From Minisyncoccota bacterium (GTDB lineage: Bacteria; Patescibacteriota; Minisyncoccia; Phycocordibacterales; XYD1-FULL-46-19), in NCBI GenBank assembly GCA_041663165.1, contig JBAZRF010000002.1, positions 37,043 to 101,042 of the forward strand: DNA of 64,000 nucleotides. Reading direction: 5' to 3'. The notes under the pieces are model-generated. The model was given only the letters and a program-made list of their open reading frames with translations. It did no database searches and was not told where the DNA came from. Positions 55,905-64,000 of the stretch are shown piece by piece. The translations under genes and the position numbers were made by a program. Within the stretch, counting starts at the first letter, position 1, and each line of letters opens with the position of its first letter.

Positions 55905-57953
55905 ATGAAAAAGTTAGTTTTTGTTCTCGGACTTGTTGCGGTTTTTGCTCTCGTTAGTGTAGCCAGCGCGGCTACCCTGGAGGAGCAAATCGCCGCTTTG
56001 CAGGCGCAACTTGCTGCCTTGCAAGGAGGTACAGCCGTTACTGCTAGTTCTATCCCGACCATTACTAAGACTTTGACTGTCGGTAGCAAGGGTGACGAGG
56101 TCACTGCCCTTCAGCAATATCTTATTGATGAAGGTTTGCTCGCGATTGATGCCCCGACCGGTTACTTTGGTGCTTTAACCAAAGCGGCTGTTGTCGAGTG
56201 GCAGAAGGCCAATGATGTTAGCCCGGCTTCCGGTCTCTTTGGACCGATCAGCCGCGCGGCATTAGAGGCATTAGCCGAAGCTACCCCGGTTGTTGTTGGT
56301 ACTTTGCCAGCTGGTTGTACTTCAGCAGTTGGCTTTAGCACTACCACGGGTGTTGCTTGCAACACTGCTTCTGCTTTGCCAGCCGGTTGTACTTCAGCAG
56401 TTGGCTTTAGCCCGACTACTGGCGTTTCTTGCGCTAGCGGTACCGCTGGTCCTACTGGTATCACTACCCCAGGAGTTGAAGGTAGCTTAACTGTTACCGC
56501 CAACCCAACCCCAGGCGCTGGTTTAACCATTCGCTCTGGAGATGCTCAGGTACCGGTCTTGGGTCTCAAACTTGAGGCTCAGACATCTGACATCGCTGTC
56601 CAACGAGTTAAAGTCGATTTGGGTACAAGCTCTATTTTCTACAATAAATTGTTCAAAACAATTTATTTGATGGATGGTAGTACGGTTGTTGCTCAATCTG
56701 CTCTTAATTCGTCAACTGTTGTTAAGGATGGTACGAATTACTTCGTTACCTTAACCGGTTTCAACTCGATTGTTTCTAAGGGCGGGACTAAAGTTTTGAC
56801 TTTGGCCTTAGATGCTCAAAATACCATTGATAGTTCTTACAATGGTGTCAGCACCTACGGTCTCCTTGTTCCGATTGATGGCGTTCGCGGTGTTGACGGC
56901 GCTGGTCTGACCGAAACTGGTCCGGCCTCTTCCGTTCCGGCTGCCCGCCGAACCGTTGTTCTTCAAGGTAGCGCCTTGATTGACTCTGCGACCCTTAAGA
57001 TCTCAACGAATTCAGGCAATCCCCAGGCTCAATCTGTTATCGCCTCTGATGGTACTGGCAACAACGAGAAAGATGGTGTTACCTTCTTAGTATTCAATGC
57101 GGCTGCAGCTAAGGATGCTATCACCATTACTGATCTTGTCGCCTCTATCTCGAAGACTGGCGCTGGTGCCGCAACTGCGACCACCGCGTACTTGATGGAT
57201 GGTTCTAATACGGTTGGTTCGGCTACTGTTGATACCACCGATGGCTCCATTCTTTTCTCGGACATCAATTACACGATTCCTGCTAATACCACCAAGGTCC
57301 TAACCTTGAAGGCTGATATTAGGAGTGCTAATCCGACCGTTGCTGTCTTAACGTCTTCGACTACTGGTGCCGCTATCACTGCTGAGAATTCAGACGGAAC
57401 GCCGATTGTTCCGACTGGCACAGCGGTTGGCGAAGCCATGTCTATTACCTCAGCTGGTACAGGAATCAGCTTGGTTAGCAAGACTCTTGCTTCCGACAAC
57501 TCACAGGCCAATCCGACAACCGGAGTTAGCACGACAACCTATACCGCTACCTTCGTTGTTGACGTAACGGCGGCTGGATCCAATTTGCAATTGGGCAAGC
57601 AAGCTTCTACTAGTCCGATCTTTGCTTCCTCTACAACCTACTTCAAGATCTACAGTGGAGACACGGCGACCGCGATTGTCCCATCCGTATCCAATATTGC
57701 CTTTACTTCAAATGTATCAGGCACTACGGTTACTGTGGGCGATGGTAACACCGAAAGGGTTACTGTGACCGTGACCTTTAATGGTCGTGCAACTGACGGA
57801 ACTCTGCAGACCACTACTGGCAGTGCTTACTCCGTTGGTATGGAAGGACTTAGATTTATTCCTGAGGGTGTTGGCGCTCTAACCGTTTCCAACTTCATGG
57901 CTGGAAATAGCGCTTGGAGAACCAATGCTGTTACCCAGATCTCTCAGGACTAA
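55905..57953 (+). CDS. secreted GC-rich cell-surface protein: signal peptide, peptidoglycan-binding domain, tandem 24-aa repeat, long Thr/Ser/Ala/Gly-rich beta domain
   Basis: signal peptide MKKLVFVLGLVAVFALVSVASA; PG_binding_1-like GDEVTALQQYL...GYFGALTKAAVVEWQ. Confidence 0.65.
   Translation: MKKLVFVLGLVAVFALVSVASAATLEEQIAALQAQLAALQGGTAVTASSIPTITKTLTVGSKGDEVTALQQYLIDEGLLAIDAPTGYFGALTKAAVVEWQKANDVSPASGLFGPISRAALEALAEATPVVVGTLPAGCTSAVGFSTTTGVACNTASALPAGCTSAVGFSPTTGVSCASGTAGPTGITTPGVEGSLTVTANPTPGAGLTIRSGDAQVPVLGLKLEAQTSDIAVQRVKVDLGTSSIFYNKLFKTIYLMDGSTVVAQSALNSSTVVKDGTNYFVTLTGFNSIVSKGGTKVLTLALDAQNTIDSSYNGVSTYGLLVPIDGVRGVDGAGLTETGPASSVPAARRTVVLQGSALIDSATLKISTNSGNPQAQSVIASDGTGNNEKDGVTFLVFNAAAAKDAITITDLVASISKTGAGAATATTAYLMDGSNTVGSATVDTTDGSILFSDINYTIPANTTKVLTLKADIRSANPTVAVLTSSTTGAAITAENSDGTPIVPTGTAVGEAMSITSAGTGISLVSKTLASDNSQANPTTGVSTTTYTATFVVDVTAAGSNLQLGKQASTSPIFASSTTYFKIYSGDTATAIVPSVSNIAFTSNVSGTTVTVGDGNTERVTVTVTFNGRATDGTLQTTTGSAYSVGMEGLRFIPEGVGALTVSNFMAGNSAWRTNAVTQISQD
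56304..56411 (+). repeat. in-frame tandem repeat, 72-nt period (LPAGCTSAVGFS...), two copies, 35/36 nt identical cores
   Basis: direct comparison of 56304-56339 with 56376-56411. Confidence 0.8.
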
Positions 57954-58100
57954 TCTTTCTCCCCGTGTGTCTAGCCTAACGTTTTTTACTTAAGCTATGG
58001 CACAACAAAAAACCGCCCTTCGGGGCGGTTTTTTGTTGTGGATGAAGAACTCGTCAAAAATTCAAAATTCATTTATACTTTAAAGTAATAAAAAGAGAAG

Positions 58101-59093
58101 ATGGCTGATGACAAAGAAAAAAAAGTGGTGAGTGGTGTAAGCGGCCTAAGTGTCATGATTGGGCTAATGATTCTGTTTGCTTTTTGGCTAACCAATAACG
58201 GACCAAGTGGTATTAAAAATCAAAATAATCATAATGGTTTGTCGAAGCCAGTAAAAGAGGCCCCGGTAAAAGTGGCTCCGGTAAAAAGTCGCAATAATTC
58301 TGTTTCTAGCCAAGGGCAAGAGGAAAGCTTCAGTCCCTATAATGGAGAGGTCAGTCTTGGTTCGGGGACAGCGAGATCTTCTTATCAGCCGAGTCAAGAA
58401 TATATAACTTTGTCTGCCAGCGGTAATGATCTGCCGATTGACATCGGCGGGTGGACCTTAAAAAATGGACGCGATAAGCAATTACTTGTTGTCTCCGGCA
58501 ATACCGTTCGTCAGGCGTCGACGGCAGTAAAAATTCCCAGTATCGGCATTGCTCTTTATGATCCGTATCATCCACAAAACAATCGTCGAGTGCCAATTGC
58601 TCTTAAGTCTGGAGATCGGGCCATTATCACCACGGGTTTGGGGCCGGTTTTGGACGGACTAACGATAAGAGATAACTTTAAGATAAACAAATGCCTAGGT
58701 TATCTTGAGGATGATAACAGCTATCGAGCCTATCCCAGCTTAAGATCCCAATGCCCCTCTCCTGACGATGTTCCTGGGGTTAGTTACTTAGATAATGTTT
58801 GTTATGATTTTGTTCGGTCGCTTCGACCCTGCCATACACCCAAAGATGTTTATGTTAAAGACGACGGTTATTGTTTGGATGGCAATTGCAAATTAAGTTC
58901 GTACTGCCAAGATTTTGCCCAAAATAATTATAATTTTAACGCCTGTTTTATTAGATATTCAAGAGATGAAGACTTCGTTGGCGCTGAGTGGCGTATTTTC
59001 TTAAATCAAACCTGGGAGCTGTGGGCTGATCGTCGCGAAACAATCTCCCTCTACGATAATAAGGGTCTTTTGGTTGACGAAATTTCCTACTAA
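58101..59093 (+). CDS. membrane-anchored protein with lamin-tail domain (LTD) and Cys-rich C-terminal domain
   Basis: TM near N-terminus; LTD-like ITLSASGNDLPIDIGGWTLKNG. Confidence 0.5.
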   Translation: MADDKEKKVVSGVSGLSVMIGLMILFAFWLTNNGPSGIKNQNNHNGLSKPVKEAPVKVAPVKSRNNSVSSQGQEESFSPYNGEVSLGSGTARSSYQPSQEYITLSASGNDLPIDIGGWTLKNGRDKQLLVVSGNTVRQASTAVKIPSIGIALYDPYHPQNNRRVPIALKSGDRAIITTGLGPVLDGLTIRDNFKINKCLGYLEDDNSYRAYPSLRSQCPSPDDVPGVSYLDNVCYDFVRSLRPCHTPKDVYVKDDGYCLDGNCKLSSYCQDFAQNNYNFNACFIRYSRDEDFVGAEWRIFLNQTWELWADRRETISLYDNKGLLVDEISY

Positions 59094-59113
59094 TGGCGTT
59101 GCTTGGCCGGAAA

Positions 59114-60202
59114 ATGAAAAAAATAATCCTGCTGGCTTTCTTTGTTTCGCTCTTGCCTAACTTGGCTTTGGCGGCCCTAATAAATATCAATACGGCCAGT
59201 TCTGTGGAATTAGAGAAGATAACCGGCGTTGGCACGGTGATTGCCGGTCTGATTGTCGACTATCGAAATGCCAACGGCCCTTTTAAAACGATTGAAGAAA
59301 TAAAAAACGTTAATAGAATAGGTGACGCCACTTTTTTGAAAATGAAGAGCGAGATAACGGTTGACTCGAACGATGTCCCAATCGAGCCGGCGATAAATTC
59401 TGATCTGACAAACTCGGGCAATAGTGATAACAATGTCAGTCGCGACTCCTCGGTTCATACTGGTGAAACCGATTTGAGTGACTATCAAAACGAATCTTTT
59501 AAGATTGGCGCCGGACGAGAACGCTTGGCGACCGTGCGAACGCCAATCTTATTTTCCGCGTCACAAAACAAGAAAGGGAAAGATGTTAATTACTTTGTCT
59601 GGAGTTTCGGCGATGGGACTAACGCCACTGGCGCTAAAGTTTATCACACCTATCAATTTCCCGGCCACTACAACGTTGTGCTTAATGGCCTGATTGACAG
59701 TGGAGAGGGGGCGGTCGCTCGAACGGCCGTGTTGGTAACTGAGCCCGAAATCAAAATTACCGCGGTTGATCCGGCGATTGGCTATGTTGAGATAACAAAT
59801 AATGGCGATGAAGAGCAAAATCTGAATAGCTGGGCTTTGCGAGCGGTTAAAAATGAATACACTTTTCCCCTTGATACAATTGTTAGCCCTAAGGCGGCAA
59901 TAAAAGTTCCGCTTAAAGTGCTCGGTTTGGTCGATCAAAATATTCAAGAAATCACTCTGGTTTATCCCGATGGGGGAGTGGCTAGCGGGGCTAGCTTGCA
60001 AAATGATCAAAACCAACTTTTGATCGCCGACCTGAAAAAACAATTGGCAAAGATGAAGTGGCAATTAGCTGAAAATAGCAATAACATTGACACCCTTAGA
60101 GCTAATCCCCAAAGAAGTTTAGTCTCAAAACCTAACCATGTGGTAGTATTAGCTAAGAAGCTTGGTTGGTTCGAGAAAATAAAAAATGCGTTATTTAAAT
60201 AA
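59114..60202 (+). CDS. ComEA-like helix-hairpin-helix DNA-binding protein fused to PKD and lamin-tail domains
   Basis: signal/anchor; HhH INTASSVELEKITGVGTVIAGLIVDYRNANGPF; PKD-like WSFGDGTNATGAKVYHTYQFPGHY; LTD ITAVDPAIGYVEITNNGDEEQNL. Confidence 0.6.
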   Translation: MKKIILLAFFVSLLPNLALAALININTASSVELEKITGVGTVIAGLIVDYRNANGPFKTIEEIKNVNRIGDATFLKMKSEITVDSNDVPIEPAINSDLTNSGNSDNNVSRDSSVHTGETDLSDYQNESFKIGAGRERLATVRTPILFSASQNKKGKDVNYFVWSFGDGTNATGAKVYHTYQFPGHYNVVLNGLIDSGEGAVARTAVLVTEPEIKITAVDPAIGYVEITNNGDEEQNLNSWALRAVKNEYTFPLDTIVSPKAAIKVPLKVLGLVDQNIQEITLVYPDGGVASGASLQNDQNQLLIADLKKQLAKMKWQLAENSNNIDTLRANPQRSLVSKPNHVVVLAKKLGWFEKIKNALFK

Positions 60203-60344
60203 TAATTTTTGGCGAATGATAATCGGCTTAGCCGTTGTCTTAATTATGGGGATTGCTTTTCTGGCTGCTTGCCAAATTTATGGTAACAATAATTCTAATC
60301 CCGAAAATTATGTTGCCGGCTCAAAAGGGGAGCAATAGTTCGAT

Positions 60345-60465
60345 TTGACTATCCTATTATTTGTGCTAAGCTGGAGATAACCGGAGAAAGTAGGCATCCA
60401 TAAGTCCTGCCGAGGTCGAAACACGGTTATTTAGCCGTTTTAATTTTTTTCAAAATTAAAAAAAT
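60345..60465 (+). promoter_or_regulatory. rplJ promoter (TTGACT-16-TAAGCT) and structured L10 leader ending in an attenuator-like hairpin plus T-run
   Basis: sequence reading; ribosomal-protein L10 leaders are a known autoregulatory class. Confidence 0.4.
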
Positions 60466-60966
60466 ATGGCCATTACTAAGAAACAAAAATCCGAGATCAT
60501 CGACAAGGTTAAAGAAATTGTCAAAAAAGGCAAAACTATTGTCTTTGTCAATTTTCATGGCTTGACGGTGGCCGGTGTTAACGAATTGCGCCGCAGTCTG
60601 CGTGCCAAGGGCGTTGGCTATTATGTTGCCAAGAAAACCCTGATTAAGCGGGCTTTTGACGGCTCGCCAATTACTGGCGCTTTGCCCGAGCTCGATGGTG
60701 AGGTCGCTGTTGCTTATAGTGAAGACGCGCTGTTGCCAGTGAAAGAGATTTACGATTTTCACAAGAAAAATACCGAGGTAATCAAAATTATCGGTGGTGT
60801 TTTTGAGGGAGCTTATGCCGATATGGAGAAAATGCTCGCCTTGGCGAAAATTCCGTCGCGCGAAGTTTTGCTTGGCCAATTCGTTAATGTGATCAACTCG
60901 CCGATCCAAGGTTTGGTAGTTGCGCTTGATGCGATTGCTAAACAAAAGGAGGGTATTACTAATTAA
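60466..60966 (+). CDS. rplJ: 50S ribosomal protein L10
   Basis: [17 protein letters not shown], position before rplL. Confidence 0.9.
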   Translation: MAITKKQKSEIIDKVKEIVKKGKTIVFVNFHGLTVAGVNELRRSLRAKGVGYYVAKKTLIKRAFDGSPITGALPELDGEVAVAYSEDALLPVKEIYDFHKKNTEVIKIIGGVFEGAYADMEKMLALAKIPSREVLLGQFVNVINSPIQGLVVALDAIAKQKEGITN

Positions 60967-60977
60967 TAAAAACTACT

Positions 60978-61391
60978 ATGGACGAAAATCAAAAAGTAGA
61001 AGAGAGTAAAAAGGACGTGGCAGTACCAGCCAAGTTCAAAGATATTGTCGAGAAAATCGAAAAAATGTCAGTGTTAGAACTTAATGAGCTCGTAAAATTA
61101 TTCGAAGAGAAATTTGGTGTCTCAGCTCAAGCGACAGTGGTTGCTGGTGGCGCTCCTGCTGGGGAGGCGGCCGAGGCTAAGGATAGCTTTACTGTTACCC
61201 TAACGGCCGCCGGTGATCAGAAGGTTCAAGTCATCAAAGCGGTCAAAGATAAGCTTGGCTTAGGTCTAAAAGAGGCCAAGGACTTGGTTGACGCCGCTCC
61301 GTCGGTTCTTAAGGCTGAAGCCAAGAAGGAAGAAGCCGATGAAATCAAGACCGCCGTTGAAGCCGCTGGCGGGAAAGTGGAGGTCAAATAG
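60978..61391 (+). CDS. rplL: 50S ribosomal protein L7/L12
   Basis: Ala/Glu-rich hinge, C-terminal KEAKDLVD...GGKVEVK. Confidence 0.95.
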   Translation: MDENQKVEESKKDVAVPAKFKDIVEKIEKMSVLELNELVKLFEEKFGVSAQATVVAGGAPAGEAAEAKDSFTVTLTAAGDQKVQVIKAVKDKLGLGLKEAKDLVDAAPSVLKAEAKKEEADEIKTAVEAAGGKVEVK

Positions 61392-61410
61392 CAAAAAAAT
61401 TGCTTTTAAC

Positions 61411-61437
61411 AAAAAAGCCCTTATAAGGGCTTTTTTG
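61411..61437 (+). terminator. terminator AAAAAAGCCCTTATAAGGGCTTTTTT after rplL
   Basis: palindrome plus T-run. Confidence 0.85.
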
Positions 61438-61473
61438 TTTGACGGCGGGGGCAAAGCTTGGTAATTTGGGGGT

Positions 61474-62094
61474 ATGGAAGTATTGCCAAAATTGTTCGGG
61501 AGTCGGGAACGGGTCAAATTGCTGAAGCTATTTCTATATAATCAAGACCTCTTTTTCTCTCAGGCTGATATTACCAAACGAACTAAAATTAGGACTTCAA
61601 TTTTGAAGCGCGAACTCGAACTTTTTGAGGAGATTGGTTTTGTGGTTGCTAAGAAATTAGTGGTTACTCCAGTCCCTGTTGGGAAAAAGAAAGCAATTAC
61701 CAAAGGAGCCTCGAAAGGCAAGGTTTGGTCTCTCAGTCAGGATTTCTTCTACCTAGAACACTTGCGCTCAATGTTTAATGTTGATTTTTTGGCGAGTCAT
61801 AGTGAGCTAGCTGAACGTTTTAAAAATTGTGGAAAAATTAAATTGGTTGTTTTGTCAGGCCTGTTCATGCCAAATGGGGGAACTAGGGCCGACTTGTTAA
61901 TTGTTGGCGATGACTTACGGCGGGGAGTAATTGAGGGGATTATTTCAACGATCGAATCTGAGTTGGGCCGTGAATTGGTCTATGCCATTTTAGATACTCG
62001 CGACTACTATTACCGTTTCGAGACTAGCGATCGTTTTGTCCGGGATGTTATGGATTATCCTCATCGCCGGCTAATTGATAAGTTTGACGCTTAA
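61474..62094 (+). CDS. hypothetical protein with N-terminal winged-helix DNA-binding domain
   Basis: SRERVKLLKLFLYNQDLFFSQADITKRTKIRTSILKRELELFEEIGFV. Confidence 0.4.
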   Translation: MEVLPKLFGSRERVKLLKLFLYNQDLFFSQADITKRTKIRTSILKRELELFEEIGFVVAKKLVVTPVPVGKKKAITKGASKGKVWSLSQDFFYLEHLRSMFNVDFLASHSELAERFKNCGKIKLVVLSGLFMPNGGTRADLLIVGDDLRRGVIEGIISTIESELGRELVYAILDTRDYYYRFETSDRFVRDVMDYPHRRLIDKFDA

Positions 62095-62237
62095 TTACCC
62101 CCCCAAAAGGCAGTTTTTAGCCATATTTTAAGCAAACTTTCCACAAAAAGTGCTTAAATTGTTAGGCAAGGGGGCCTGGTTGTGCTAAAATGGCTCTTAT
62201 TATCAAAGGTCATTATTAAATAAAATTTTAAAAAATT

Positions 62238-62936
62238 ATGTTAGTTGAAAGTTGGAGTCAGGCTTTGGCCGGTTCTTTTCAAGGCCTAGCGAGCGGTATT
62301 GTTGCCTATGTACCGAATATTATTATCGCTATCATTCTCTTCGTTATTGGTTGGGTAGTTGGCGATGCCATTGGCATGTGGATTGCCAAGATTGTGCGAG
62401 CCATCAAGATTGATAAGGTCTTGGAGAAATTGGATCTGCATGTTCTTATGCAAAGAGCCGGTTATCGCTTAGATACTGGCCTCTTTTTGGGAACGCTGGT
62501 CAAGTGGTTTGTTATCCTTGGCTTTTTAGTCGCGGCGTTAGATGTTTTACAGTTAGAACAGATTAATGCTTTCTTGCGTGATGTATTAACCTATATCCCG
62601 CGCGTGATTATCGCCACCTTGATCTTGATCATTGCTGCGATTGTCGCTGACGTCTTGCAAAAGATTGTTGTCGCTTCCGCTAAGGCCGCTGCCGTTTCCT
62701 CGGCTGAACTGTTTGGCGGGATCACCAAATGGCTCATCTGGATCTTCGCTTTTGTCATGGCGCTTGAGCAGCTTGGTTTGGTTGGTCCGTTCCTCCAAAT
62801 CTTCATGACGGGGATCGTTGCCACCATTACCATTGCCGTTGGCTTGTCCTTCGGTTTGGGCGGTAAGGATGCGGCCCAGGGTTTCATCAACCGTTTACGG
62901 GGCGATATTTCTGGCCGAGACCATCTAGCTAAGTAA
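62238..62936 (+). CDS. membrane protein with conserved TM-helix repeats (mechanosensitive-channel-associated type, PF05552-like)
   Basis: repeated amphipathic/TM helices with Gly-rich turns. Confidence 0.45.
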   Translation: MLVESWSQALAGSFQGLASGIVAYVPNIIIAIILFVIGWVVGDAIGMWIAKIVRAIKIDKVLEKLDLHVLMQRAGYRLDTGLFLGTLVKWFVILGFLVAALDVLQLEQINAFLRDVLTYIPRVIIATLILIIAAIVADVLQKIVVASAKAAAVSSAELFGGITKWLIWIFAFVMALEQLGLVGPFLQIFMTGIVATITIAVGLSFGLGGKDAAQGFINRLRGDISGRDHLAK

Positions 62937-62961
62937 TTTAAAAGGCCTAAATCAGGGCTCA

Positions 62962-63003
62962 AACCCGCCGTCAAGGTATCCACCTTGACGGCGGGTTCTT
63001 TTC
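62962..63003 (+). terminator. strong terminator: 15-bp perfect stem AACCCGCCGTCAAGG...CCTTGACGGCGGGTT plus CTTTTCG
   Basis: sequence reading. Confidence 0.85.
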
Positions 63004-63092
63004 GTATATAATAGGGAGGTCGGTATGAATAGAGAAATTAACCCTAAAATCAAGCGGCCAAGATAGCTCGGTTTTTCGAGCCGTCCCAGAAC

Positions 63093-63117
63093 CCGCTTGG
63101 CCAAAGCGGTTTTTTTG
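63093..63117 (+). terminator. second terminator CCGCTTGG-CCAAAGCGG TTTTTTT, 90 nt downstream of the first
   Basis: sequence reading. Confidence 0.7.
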
Positions 63118-63289
63118 ATAGAAAATTCCAATCTTTGACAACTGAATTCCAGTACGACAATTATATTCCAATTGTTGGGGTCTTTGAATTGTCGGAGCTG
63201 GGTAGGTAGAAAGCTGTATGTTCAAACACGAAAGTGTAAGAGCAAATAGAGAAATAATTAAGAAAATGGTTTTTAAGTTTCCTGTTAGG

Positions 63290-64000
<711 letters not shown>

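Noticed and set aside
55612-56104. Minus-strand ORFs 55612-55794 and 55802-56104
   Set aside because: They lie in the leader and 5' end of the surface protein gene, antisense, with no translation signals
60427-60945. 172-aa minus-strand ORF
   Set aside because: Fully antisense to rplJ (L10), which has unmistakable identity

Overview
This 64 kb window looks like part of a small, moderate-to-low GC bacterial genome with Candidate Phyla Radiation / Patescibacteria-like traits. Genes are tightly packed housekeeping genes; many have consensus or extended -10 promoters placed so the transcript starts at the start codon (leaderless). Other traits: a type-2 (archaeal/eukaryote-like) IleRS, an alpha2-type GlyRS, rplK not followed by rplA, and a 23S rRNA with no 16S upstream. 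I call about 75 CDS, 7 tRNAs (Arg-CCG, Arg-GCG, Ser-TGA, Arg-TCT, Val-TAC, Leu-GAG, His-GTG) and the 5' ~700 nt of a 23S rRNA. Housekeeping genes recognised by motif: mutM, murE, ruvA, rpsT, ruvX, pilMNO, rluD-like, rplS, purD, cfa, dedA, dsbB-like, secE-nusG-rplK, dCMP deaminase, two P-loop kinases, glyA, dut, argS, ileS, recO, glyQS, M16 peptidase, AI-2E transporter, metG, tatD, rpsF-ssb-rpsR, efp, recA, ftsK, rplJ-rplL. No CRISPR array, transposase or integrase was seen. Observations worth a second look: (1) two AT-rich islets next to tRNA genes. tRNA-Ser is followed by an HNH endonuclease plus an unknown protein with an Rx4H motif. tRNA-His is followed by a 367-aa protein of unknown function plus a ParB/Srx-like nuclease-domain protein. 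A second HNH gene overlaps tRNA-Arg(TCT). (2) a ~190-aa histidine-phosphatase (RHGE...SHG) domain inserted inside the IleRS catalytic core. (3) an 860-nt gene-free region between rpsR and efp with two tandem TTGACG-16-TAAnAT promoters driving GC-rich ORF-free transcripts (candidate sRNAs), plus a 150-nt element bounded by 15-bp inverted repeats. (4) five compositionally distinct small-ORF cassettes, several with their own promoter, SD and GC-rich 8-bp hairpin terminator. (5) a frameshift in L-asparaginase at a C9 homopolymer and a G9 tract nearby. (6) a structured 320-nt leader before a GC-rich peptidoglycan-binding surface protein, and a pair of lamin-tail-domain surface proteins, one fused to ComEA and PKD domains. 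All functional calls rest on motif recognition by eye. Nothing was searched against databases.
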